33,226 bases of DNA from the IMG/VR virus record IMGVR_UViG_3300043184_000210, positions 1 to 33,226 of that record. The stretch is one strand, 5' to 3'. This document shows positions 26,260 to 33,226 of this stretch, piece after piece; position 1 is the stretch's first letter, and the number at the start of each line of letters is the position of its first letter. This DNA is from a virus. Lineage: Duplodnaviria > Caudoviricetes. Both the position numbers and the translations under genes were made by a program. Under the pieces are notes generated by a model that was not told where the DNA came from, did not search any database, and saw only the letters and a list, made by a program, of their open reading frames with translations.

Positions 26260-27278
26260 GACCCAGCCCCTTCGCCCGGCGGCACCGGCTTGGCCTTGGG
26301 CCGGCCCTTGCCCTTGGTCGGGCTGGCCTGCTGCCGCTCCCACTCGCGCAGCAGCCGCTCGTACTCATGCACCTGCGTCAGCTCGGCGCAGAGCCTGGCG
26401 GCCTCGATGACCTCCTGCTTCGTCAGGTAGCTCAGCTTGGTGGGCGTGGCGTCTTCGCCCGGCAGCTCGCTCAGGTAGGCGCGCAGCACGCCGTTGAGCT
26501 GCACCGCCAGCGCGGCGAGCTGCGCGGCGGCCAGGCGCTGCGTGGCCTCGGCCCAGTCGTGCAGGGCAGCGTGCTCGCGCAGGCCGCCGAGCGTGTCGAA
26601 GAGGGGCGTGAAGGCGTCCAGCGCCAGCCCCGCCTTCTTGCCCAGCGCCACGATCTCGGCGCGTGCGTCGGCCACCTGGTGCGGCACTTCGTCCTGCCGA
26701 TCCGGCAGCCCCCGCTTCAGCTTCTTCCGCAGCCCCTCCGCCTCGGCCTCGGCGGTGTCGCGCTGGACGGTGAGGTCGGTCGCGGCGGCCTCCAGCTCGG
26801 TGATCTTGTCGCGAAGGGCCCGCACAGTCAGAGCGTCGATCTGCTCCACCCCGTCATCGACGATCTGGGCGATTACTTCGGGGTCGGCGGCTGCGATCTC
26901 CATGACCTTCGATCGCGGCAGCTCCAGGAAGCGCAGTCGATCGGCCTCGGGCAGGCTGCCGATGAACTGCGCGTACTGCATCGCACGCTGCGCAGACCGT
27001 GGGGCAAAGCCGCGCTCTTCAATCAGCTCGATGAACTGCCCATGCCCGCACTCGGCCTTGATGCTGGCGAGCAGGATGCCCGCCGCCAACATGTGGCGCT
27101 GCGAGGAGTTCATGTGCTCGGCCGCGCGGTTGGCCCGCTCCTCCCGCGAGCCCGTTAGATCGAGGTTCACGATGCCGGCGACCCACGGCGCGTTCGCAGA
27201 CAAAAACGACACGTCGTCGCTTTTCGCCGGCACAGGCAACAAGTCCGTCGCCGCTTGCTTTTTTGGGGTCTTTGCCAC
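26256..27278 (-). CDS. DUF3102-like early protein, 340 aa
   Basis: GTG 27278; AGILLASIKAECGHGQFIELIEERGFAPRSAQRAMQYA followed by coiled coils; typical position before the transposase. Confidence 0.75.
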   Translation of the reverse strand: MAKTPKKQAATDLLPVPAKSDDVSFLSANAPWVAGIVNLDLTGSREERANRAAEHMNSSQRHMLAAGILLASIKAECGHGQFIELIEERGFAPRSAQRAMQYAQFIGSLPEADRLRFLELPRSKVMEIAAADPEVIAQIVDDGVEQIDALTVRALRDKITELEAAATDLTVQRDTAEAEAEGLRKKLKRGLPDRQDEVPHQVADARAEIVALGKKAGLALDAFTPLFDTLGGLREHAALHDWAEATQRLAAAQLAALAVQLNGVLRAYLSELPGEDATPTKLSYLTKQEVIEAARLCAELTQVHEYERLLREWERQQASPTKGKGRPKAKPVPPGEGAGS

Positions 27279-27280
27279 GC

Positions 27281-27508
27281 TCAGGCCCTCTTCATTCCAA
27301 GGGCCACCGCGATGCGGTGCCCCATGCCGTAGGTGCCGCGGTTGATCCCCCGGACGACACAGCTCACGGTGTCGTAGGGGAAGCGATGGCTCTCGGCCCA
27401 ACTCTTCAGCGTGTAGCCCTGCTCCCGCAGCCGCGTCTTGACTTCGGAGGCCGAAAGCGCGGCGGCGGCGCGGCTGGCGGCGCGTGAATTCGCTTGAGGT
27501 CTAGCCAT
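27281..27508 (-). CDS. BcepMu gp16 / Ner-like DNA-binding protein, 75 aa
   Basis: EVKTRLREQGYTLKSWAESHRF...VVRGINRGTYGMGHRIAVALGMK; ATG 27508 with CAGGAG; divergent from the repressor. Confidence 0.85.
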   Translation of the reverse strand: MARPQANSRAASRAAAALSASEVKTRLREQGYTLKSWAESHRFPYDTVSCVVRGINRGTYGMGHRIAVALGMKRA

Positions 27509-27720
27509 TTGTGCGCAAGCTCCTGCGTTGTTGCTCGATTCCAGCCGAATCATATTGATTGATTTCGGACAACGCAAGACATGTTGCCTGTTTTCGGTCT
27601 GTCTTCAGTGCGATTGCGGACATCGCTTTGTCACGGGCCTATCCGCTACCGCGCATCGGCCCCACAATCGGCCCGATTCGCGCTGATTTATGGCGCTAGA
27701 CGACCAGATCGGTCGCTCCA
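27509..27720. promoter_or_regulatory. Lysis/lysogeny switch region with candidate operator repeats
   Basis: AT-richer gap between divergent regulators; direct repeat GATTTCGGACAACGC (27561-75) / GATTGCGGACATCGC (27612-26), 13/15 identical. Confidence 0.6.
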
Positions 27721-28425
27721 ATGCAGGCATCGGACACGGACATCTCCGCCCTCGACCTAGTCGCAATCGGCGCTCGACTGCGCGCCGCAATGGCTACGCT
27801 GGGTCTGGACGGAACCGAACTGGCCGTGCGCGTAGGCGTGCCCTACGGGACCATGCGGGCCTACGTGACCGGCATTCGTGCGCCGAGTGCCGAGTTCCTG
27901 TCTGGCTGCTACCGAGCGTTCGGCCTGCTGGCCGAGTGGCTGCTTGTAGGAGATGGGCCGATGACGCGAGGCGGCCATCTGCCTGATGCACCGGCCGCCC
28001 ACGTAGAGCAGATGGTCCCCATTCGGCTCTATCGCACGACCGCGAGCGCCGGACCCGGCTCCTTCATCGACGGGTCAGATTCGAGCGATGGCGAGATCTG
28101 CGTCAGCGAGCACTGGCTGCGAAAGCGCGCCCTCAACCCTGAGAACCTCTGCGCCTTCGCTGTGAAGGGCAACTCGATGCAGACCGTCTTGAACGATGGT
28201 GATCTGGTGGTCATGGACACCACCGACACCTCGCCAGTCGGTGGCAACGTTTACGTCATACGCCACAGCGATGCGCTGATGGTCAAGTACGTCGATCTGC
28301 TGCCCGGCGGGCGGCTGCGGATCAGCAGCGCCAACAGCAGCTATGCACCATACGAGGTCGACTTGAGCAAGGCTGAAGACGTTGCCGTTCTGGGGCGCGT
28401 CGTGGCCTCGATGCACTACTGGTGA
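27721..28425 (+). CDS. XRE-HTH + S24 peptidase (CI/LexA-like) prophage repressor, 234 aa
   Basis: IGARLRAA...ELAVRVGV...YVTGIRAPSAEFL HTH; ASAGPG cleavage site, VKGNSM (Ser) and LMVKY (Lys). Confidence 0.93.
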   Translation: MQASDTDISALDLVAIGARLRAAMATLGLDGTELAVRVGVPYGTMRAYVTGIRAPSAEFLSGCYRAFGLLAEWLLVGDGPMTRGGHLPDAPAAHVEQMVPIRLYRTTASAGPGSFIDGSDSSDGEICVSEHWLRKRALNPENLCAFAVKGNSMQTVLNDGDLVVMDTTDTSPVGGNVYVIRHSDALMVKYVDLLPGGRLRISSANSSYAPYEVDLSKAEDVAVLGRVVASMHYW

Positions 28426-28441
28426 ACAAGGGAGATAGCGC

Positions 28442-28885
28442 ATGCATAAGCTGAGGCTGGCAGCCCTTGCCGTTGTCAGCATGCCTCTGATGGCGGCGGC
28501 CACGCCGACCTACAAGCAGGCTCGCGATCTATACGACCGGATGGCAGCGCCGGTGTCGGCAACCGGCACTTGGACCAAGCAGCCTGAGGCCGCGCGACTG
28601 GGCAAGGTGCGAGAGGCGACGGCGCTTCTGCAGGAGGTCGAGCGCACTTTGTCGAAGGGGCCGTTCGAACGATTCGGGCAATGCTGGATCGCTGCCCACT
28701 GGTCTCGCGAGTACGTCACCGCGCTGAACGATCTGACGCTGCTGTACGAAGGCCGCGCACCGCTTCGGCACGATCTCCAGCTACTGGGTCCGGTGCTACA
28801 GGCGTTCAACTTCGGCAAGCATCACGCCGCCTGCCGCGACCAGATTGAGGTGTTGGACACGCCGAAAGCTGCGGCGAAGCGATAG
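28442..28885 (+). CDS. Exported hypothetical protein, 147 aa
   Basis: Signal peptide MHKLRLAALAVVSMPLMAAA; AAGGGAG RBS; two Cys. Confidence 0.75.
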   Translation: MHKLRLAALAVVSMPLMAAATPTYKQARDLYDRMAAPVSATGTWTKQPEAARLGKVREATALLQEVERTLSKGPFERFGQCWIAAHWSREYVTALNDLTLLYEGRAPLRHDLQLLGPVLQAFNFGKHHAACRDQIEVLDTPKAAAKR

Positions 28886-28898
28886 ACCAACTCGATTC

Positions 28899-29111
28899 GT
28901 GGACATCACCGACACCAGCCCGCGGTCAGGCTTCATCTGCGTCCTTCGGCAGGACGACGAGGTGCTGGTCAAGTACCTGCAGCTCCTGCCCGGCGGCGTG
29001 CTGCGCATCAGCAGCGCCAACAATTCGTTCGCGCCCTACGACGTGAACCTCGAGCGGGCTGCGAACTTCGAGGTGCTGGGGCGCGTGGTGGCGTCAATGC
29101 ACGATTGGTGA
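28899..29111 (+). pseudogene. Orphan copy of the repressor C-terminal 70 codons (partial S24 domain)
   Basis: Gap-free alignment to 28213-28425, 43/70 aa identical by hand count; keeps the catalytic Lys but lacks the HTH and catalytic Ser. Confidence 0.8.
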
Positions 29112-29126
29112 GCAAGGGAGAAAACG

Positions 29127-29783
29127 ATGCAGTGGATCAAGACAGTCTTTGCAGGTCAGGCGCAACCGCAGCCGCCGTGGGTTCGATGCTTGGCTGCTGC
29201 ATTGCTGGCAGCTTGCTGTGCCGCGATCTATGTGAAGTCGACGCACTCGGACCGAGCCACCTCCGGTGCGCAGACAGCGCCAAAGGCAGAACACGCTCGT
29301 ACAGCCCCGCCAGAAGCGACGCAAGAGCGTCAAGCCTCGCGTCTCGCCGCTGGGATGTCGATGGTCGCGCTGCTCGATGAGGTCAATCGGGAACGGCGAT
29401 TCAGTCGTCGCAACCTGATCGATCCGAAGTCATGCACCGTTGGCATGCGCAATGCGGCAGGCACATCCATCACCACTTGCCCATTCCCAGAAGGATGGTA
29501 TCTACTTGGCTTCGTTGACGAGCGCCACCTTCTTCGGTGGGTGGAGGTTCTCGGCATGCCCTCGACGCCCGCAGACCGAGTGAACTTCATGTCCGACGTG
29601 CGCAAAGTCATGCGAGCTATCGGCGCGCCACCCCTCGCCGCCAATGACGCAGTCTTGGGCGCGCTGAACGCGCCCGGGACACCCTTTGAGCTGCGTTCCG
29701 ATGGCTTCAGCGTGGTGGCCGTGAATGACCCTGACCTTGGGCTGAGCGTGTCTGCGGCCGTGGACGACAAGCGGCGGCCTTGA
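29127..29783 (+). CDS. Membrane-anchored/exported hypothetical protein, 218 aa
   Basis: AAGGGAG RBS; hydrophobic segment LAAALLAACCAAIYV followed by a linker and a globular domain. Confidence 0.72.
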   Translation: MQWIKTVFAGQAQPQPPWVRCLAAALLAACCAAIYVKSTHSDRATSGAQTAPKAEHARTAPPEATQERQASRLAAGMSMVALLDEVNRERRFSRRNLIDPKSCTVGMRNAAGTSITTCPFPEGWYLLGFVDERHLLRWVEVLGMPSTPADRVNFMSDVRKVMRAIGAPPLAANDAVLGALNAPGTPFELRSDGFSVVAVNDPDLGLSVSAAVDDKRRP

Positions 29784-30010
29784 GCCACCGGAGTGCCAGG
29801 CCATGGACCGGCAGGCGTTCCGCTTCGACTCGCCGGTGTGGCGCACGCGCGGCCTTGGTCAGGGCCCTGTGCAAGAACGGCTCATTGACGCAAGACGATC
29901 TCATGGTGCATCTGGCTGGCGCGAATCAGCAGCTCCATCGCATTGGAGAGGAGGGCGCTGCGGCGTTTCTGGCGGCGATTTCGCAGAGCCTGTGGACGGT
30001 TGACGACTAG
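29780..30010 (+). CDS. Small hypothetical protein, 5' end possibly frameshifted
   Basis: C-terminal half (ALVRALCKNGSLTQDDLMVHL...) looks like an amphipathic helical protein; the start is unclear (TTG 29780, or ATG 29803 in another frame). Confidence 0.35.
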   Translation: MSHRSARPWTGRRSASTRRCGARAALVRALCKNGSLTQDDLMVHLAGANQQLHRIGEEGAAAFLAAISQSLWTVDD

Positions 30011-30263
30011 CCGCCGTCCGGCACTCCCACCCTGGGGGAAGGCCAACGCCTTCGAAGACCGTCTCGGCCGGCAGATCGCGCTGCGCGGCCACGAACTCAT
30101 CCGAGCTGGTATCCAGCGTCGACGTCGCAGCAGCGATGAACATCGCCCGGTCCAGCGCTGCGCGCACGGTCGAGAGTGGGAGGCCGTGCATCGCTTTCAG
30201 CAGCCGGAAGGCGACCGCGTCCAGCTCGGTATCGGATGTCTGCCTCGGGGGAAGGTGGGTCAT
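29901..30263 (-). CDS. Hypothetical protein, 120 aa
   Basis: ATG 30263; helical core ELDAVAFRLLKAMHGLPLSTVRAALDRA; the tail overlaps the convergent ORF. Confidence 0.5.
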   Translation of the reverse strand: MTHLPPRQTSDTELDAVAFRLLKAMHGLPLSTVRAALDRAMFIAAATSTLDTSSDEFVAAQRDLPAETVFEGVGLPPGWECRTAASRQPSTGSAKSPPETPQRPPLQCDGAADSRQPDAP

Positions 30264-30306
30264 GTTCGGTTCACTGTTGAGGTTGATGTGCTGCCGCGCC
30301 GTCGCC

Positions 30307-30365
30307 GCCCAACGCCCGGTTCGAGGCGACACCGCTACGCGGTGCGCCTCAACCGGTGGTTCGGC
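30307..30365 (+). repeat. attC-like recombination site 1 (59 bp)
   Basis: GCCCAAC-5nt-GTT[C]GAGGCG[A]CACCGC-TAC-GCGGTGCGCCTCAAC-5nt-GTTCGGC; the two unpaired bases are G and T on the bottom strand, as in canonical attC. Confidence 0.85.
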
Positions 30366-30730
30366 TTCACAAACCGGCCAGCGGCGGCGTCCCACACGCC
30401 CTCTACCGCTAGGCGGTTCAGGTCAGGGCCGGCGCCGTGGTCAGTCGCTTCACAGCGCACCCATCCGCGCCCGTCCACCCAGCGCGACCACCACCCAAAT
30501 TCGCGGCACTCAGCATCTCCTGGCCAGTGTCCAGTCCAAGGCAGGCGCGGGTGCGTGAAGTCGCCTTCGCAGTCGCAACTGATGGCCTGCCCGCCGCAGT
30601 CAGGGCAGCGCTCCACGTCGCAGCCATCCATGTGCAGCTCGCCAACTTTGGCTCCGCAATCGTGGCAGTGAAGCCGAACTGTCGGTTCAACTTGACCCAC
30701 CACGGCGGGCCGGCTGTCGGTGTCGTTCAT
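30335..30730 (-). CDS. Cys-rich (Zn-finger-like) hypothetical protein, 131 aa
   Basis: ATG 30730 with AAGGAAG inside the loop of site 2; CHDC...[20 protein letters not shown]; TAG lies in the loop of site 1. Confidence 0.7.
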   Translation of the reverse strand: MNDTDSRPAVVGQVEPTVRLHCHDCGAKVGELHMDGCDVERCPDCGGQAISCDCEGDFTHPRLPWTGHWPGDAECREFGWWSRWVDGRGWVRCEATDHGAGPDLNRLAVEGVWDAAAGRFVKPNHRLRRTA

Positions 30731-31324
30731 CTCGTCTTCCTTCAGTTGTGGCGCACGCGCCGTGGCGGTCAAGTTAACCTTGGCGTTCGGCTTCAGGGCT
30801 GCATACCGCGTGAGGAACAGCCATTTCGCTTCGCCAGGCGGCAGCGGCTCGATGCGCTCGGGCAGCGGTGCCGCACCTTCGGTGAAGGACCACTCGTGCC
30901 CTTCGGCTCCCATCAGATCGCGCTGCTCGGTGCGCAGCAGCACGCGGTCGGCCTCCTTCACGCACGCAGGCAGCTCGGCAGGCAGCCCGAACCGCGCAAA
31001 GACGGCAGCCTCGATACGGTCCTCGATGTGCTTGTAGTCGGGCAGCAGGACCTTCAGCGGCTTCGAGACATCGCCGATGAACGCCTCGGCCGCGTCGTGC
31101 AGCAGGCCCGCAAAAGCGTGCTCTGCCGGCACCACGCGCGACACCAGCACCGAGTGCTGCGCCACGCTGTAGAAGGCGCGGCAGTGGCCGGTGTAGCGGC
31201 AGATATGCGCCAGTGCGTGCGCGATGTCCTCGATGGTGAACTCGGCCGATGCCGGGTCTTCCAGGTCGAAGTAGCGGCCACTGGCCAGCATGATCGTCGG
31301 CCCCTTGATGCGTGTCACGGTCAT
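30335..31324 (-). CDS. HD-domain phosphohydrolase (YfbR/5'-deoxynucleotidase-like), reading in frame into the Cys-rich ORF, 329 aa
   Basis: [44 protein letters not shown]; ATG 31324 with AAGGA; no stop through site 2. Confidence 0.85.
   Translation of the reverse strand: MTVTRIKGPTIMLASGRYFDLEDPASAEFTIEDIAHALAHICRYTGHCRAFYSVAQHSVLVSRVVPAEHAFAGLLHDAAEAFIGDVSKPLKVLLPDYKHIEDRIEAAVFARFGLPAELPACVKEADRVLLRTEQRDLMGAEGHEWSFTEGAAPLPERIEPLPPGEAKWLFLTRYAALKPNAKVNLTATARAPQLKEDEMNDTDSRPAVVGQVEPTVRLHCHDCGAKVGELHMDGCDVERCPDCGGQAISCDCEGDFTHPRLPWTGHWPGDAECREFGWWSRWVDGRGWVRCEATDHGAGPDLNRLAVEGVWDAAAGRFVKPNHRLRRTA
30673..30791 (+). repeat. attC-like recombination site 2 (119 bp)
   Basis: GCCGAAC-5nt-GTT[C]AACTTGACC[C]ACCACGGCG...CGCCGTGGCGGTCAAGTTAAC-6nt-GTTCGGC. 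Confidence 0.82.
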
Positions 31325-31356
31325 CGGTCTGTCCTTGTCTGTTGCGTCTTCCGCCA

Positions 31357-31431
31357 GCCGAACTGGCGGTTCAAGGGCGAGGCCCAACAGCGCTGCGCGC
31401 TGTCGGCCCCGCCTTAACCTGGTCGTTAGGC
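31357..31431 (+). repeat. attC-like recombination site 3 (75 bp)
   Basis: GCCGAAC-5nt-GTT[C]AAGGGCGAGGCCCAACAGCGC-TGC-GCGCTGTCGGCCCCGCCTTAAC-6nt-GTTAGGC. Confidence 0.82.
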
Positions 31432-31794
31432 GTCAACACACTTGCGCCCAAGCTGGCAGCGCACGCGGTAGCAGCCGCGCGGCTCGTCGCGGTGCTTGCA
31501 CGGCTCCGGGCCTGGTCCTGGGTCGTAGCCCTGCGGCGGCACCAGCCCTAGCCGGCTGCGCAGCCGCGCCGTGTCTTCGTGCTGCCGCGTGTACCAGTCG
31601 GGCGCCAGAGCAGCCAAGTAGCGCGCCGTCAGCGCGTCGGCAGTCTTGTCGGCGGCCAGCCATTGGTGATCGGCCAGCAGCATCGTGCGCAGGTGCTCCA
31701 CCTGTCGGGCCTGCGTCCAGTGGCGGCGGCGCCTCCAGGAGCGCCACGCTTCGGCCATGCGGCAAACCGCCAGTTCGAGTGCCCGGATGCTCAT
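31426..31794 (-). CDS. Hypothetical phage protein, 122 aa
   Basis: ATG 31794 in ATGA overlap; C-terminal [23 protein letters not shown]; TAA lies within the terminal box of site 3. Confidence 0.68.
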   Translation of the reverse strand: MSIRALELAVCRMAEAWRSWRRRRHWTQARQVEHLRTMLLADHQWLAADKTADALTARYLAALAPDWYTRQHEDTARLRSRLGLVPPQGYDPGPGPEPCKHRDEPRGCYRVRCQLGRKCVDA

Positions 31795-32150
31795 GTCGTC
31801 CCTCTCTGCGGTTGAGGCGGCTTCACCGTCCATCCCCGGGCTCGCAGCAACGCCACCGCGCGCTCGACATCGCGGCCAGGATAGCCCGCGACCAGGCTCC
31901 AACGGCCCGCGTCGAAGCGCACTTGGCCAGTGGCCCGTGGAGCCTTGAGCAGGCCCCAGACCTGTCGCGAGGTCAGGTCGCATCGCACGGCAAGCGCCAG
32001 CGTTGAAAGGCTTTCGACGGTGGCCAGCTCGGCCAATAGCGCCGCCAGCTTGGTGCCGGGGCGCTCGCCGGCTGCGCCTTCCACGGACCGGGCCGACATG
32101 GGCGTCGGCCTGGTTTGCCGCAGCAGTGCGTCCCAAGGCGTCGCGTTCAC
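31791..32150 (-). CDS. Hypothetical protein, possible winged-helix DNA-binding domain, 119 aa
   Basis: LSTLALAVRCDLTSRQVWGLLK...GQVRFDAGRWSL pattern; tiles the operon. Confidence 0.6.
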   Translation of the reverse strand: MNATPWDALLRQTRPTPMSARSVEGAAGERPGTKLAALLAELATVESLSTLALAVRCDLTSRQVWGLLKAPRATGQVRFDAGRWSLVAGYPGRDVERAVALLRARGWTVKPPQPQRGTT

Positions 32151-32153
32151 TTG

Positions 32154-32642
32154 TCAAGCCTTCGGAGCGTGGTAGGGCTGCAGGCAGCAGTCCGCTCGCA
32201 GCATCAACGGGTGGGCCGGCATGCCGTGCTTGGTGACGGCCAGGCTGCACGGGATCGCGAGTGCCCGCTCGATGATGCGCAGTACCTCGCCTGGCCTGGC
32301 GAGCCCCCGAGCGCGATCACCCCAGGCCACGCAGACCACCCCAGGAAGCTCGGGCATGGCCTCGTCGATGTGGCGGTCGTTCTCCGGGCCTACCGGGCAG
32401 CCTGCAGCGCGCAGATCGCTCGGGTCGGTCGCTCGGTAGGCGAAGAGATTCACGACCTCGATCGCGCTGTAGCCGTGCGCCTTGGCGAACGCGATGCAGC
32501 GCCGGATGGTCGGGTCATCGCGCTCAGCGTCGGCCGTGCTGGGATTCAGCATCACGAACACCAGCTCCGGCCCATCGGCCCAGCGGCGGCCGAGGCGGTA
32601 CCGGAACTGGCCGCAGGGGCTGATGACGGCGGTCTTGATCAC
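32154..32642 (-). CDS. DUF1643 family protein, 162 aa
   Basis: AVISPCGQFRYRLGRRW, FVMLNPSTADAERDDPTIRRC, VVNLFAYRATDP, VAWG, PAHPL; GTG in GTGA overlap. Confidence 0.9.
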   Translation of the reverse strand: MIKTAVISPCGQFRYRLGRRWADGPELVFVMLNPSTADAERDDPTIRRCIAFAKAHGYSAIEVVNLFAYRATDPSDLRAAGCPVGPENDRHIDEAMPELPGVVCVAWGDRARGLARPGEVLRIIERALAIPCSLAVTKHGMPAHPLMLRADCCLQPYHAPKA

Positions 32643-33226
32643 GACGGCACCCGGCATCGACGAGCCAGCTCGACCAGCCACTCGGCGAGAGCGGGCGGCG
32701 TGTGCTCTCGCTCGGGCTTCGACACCTCAGGCCGCCAGCCCGGCATGCCCTTGCGCAGGCGCTGCCCGCCAACCCCGCGGCCAGGCCGCTTATCCATGGC
32801 GATCACGTGCGTTCCTTCCCCGAGCCGCAACTCTGGGAATGGCGGGATGTCGGCCGGCACGCATCCAACGACGTACAGCAGCGTCGCCTTTGTGGCGCGG
32901 TGGCCCCACCAGTGCTGCGTGATGCCGAGCGTCCAGCCGCCCATCGCGTCCCGCTCGCCAGGTGGTGGCAGTCGTTGGGCTTGCCAGAGCGTGCTGCCCT
33001 CGGGGTGTTCGAGCACGCCGCCGAACTCGCGCACAAGGGCAACGGCGAGCCGCGCGAGGTTTCGTTCGTCGGGCCGTGGCTTGGCGAACTTGCGTAGCCG
33101 GCCCCACGCACGACACGGTGGATGCGCAACCACGGGATGCGGGCCGTCGAAGGTGCGCGCATCACGATCCACGTCGTAGACGTCCACACCGGCGATTTGC
33201 TTGTAGTGGCTGTCGGTGCGGCAGAA
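32639..33226 (-). CDS. Phage C5-cytosine methyltransferase-like protein, 5' truncated by the window edge
   Basis: Frame open to the edge (FCRTDSHYKQIAGVDVYD...); VVAHPPC motif IV, VLEHP, GHRATKATLLY, REHTPPALAEWLV. Confidence 0.72.
   Translation of the reverse strand, partial: FCRTDSHYKQIAGVDVYDVDRDARTFDGPHPVVAHPPCRAWGRLRKFAKPRPDERNLARLAVALVREFGGVLEHPEGSTLWQAQRLPPPGERDAMGGWTLGITQHWWGHRATKATLLYVVGCVPADIPPFPELRLGEGTHVIAMDKRPGRGVGGQRLRKGMPGWRPEVSKPEREHTPPALAEWLVELARRCRVPS

Larger units (their letters stand above)
1..30010. mobile_element. Transposable (Mu-like, B3/BcepMu-type) prophage with contractile tail; ends not located
   Basis: Co-linear DDE transposase, MuB-like ATPase, GemA, Mor/C, Mu-type protease, gp36/37, sheath, tube, DNA circularization and gp44/46/47/48 homologues. 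It continues past position 1. The right boundary is uncertain and may include 30011-33226. Confidence 0.93.

Noticed and set aside
30307-31431. CRISPR array, REP elements or simple terminators as the explanation of the palindromes
   Set aside because: The units differ in sequence and length, are separated by gene-sized segments, lack U-tracts and share attC-specific box spacing.

Overview
GC-rich window that is almost entirely a transposable (Mu-like, B3/BcepMu-type) myovirus prophage or phage. The host is probably Burkholderiales (inference). On the minus strand, read right to left: a BcepMu gp16/Ner-like regulator, DDE transposase A, AAA+ ATPase B, a DUF3164 protein, accessory genes, GemA, a Mor/C activator, then protease/scaffold, capsid, neck, sheath, tube, a relocated baseplate-wedge/fibre block, tail chaperone, tape measure, DNA circularization protein and baseplate hub. 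A divergent XRE-S24 repressor operon lies on the plus strand. Terminase, portal, lysis genes and the Mu ends are not visible. Most notable: (1) three integron attC-like sites (30307-31431) flank phage accessory genes that run antisense to the sites and start, stop or fuse inside them, with no integrase in view; (2) an orphan duplicate of the repressor C-terminus plus RBS, each copy followed by a different exported-protein gene; (3) a host PEP-CTERM-type domain placed in the tail-fibre module and a large SGNH esterase among the head/neck genes; (4) a candidate structured RNA with an H-type pseudoknot; (5) two near-identical late-promoter motifs. Family assignments come from motif recognition and synteny, not database searches.
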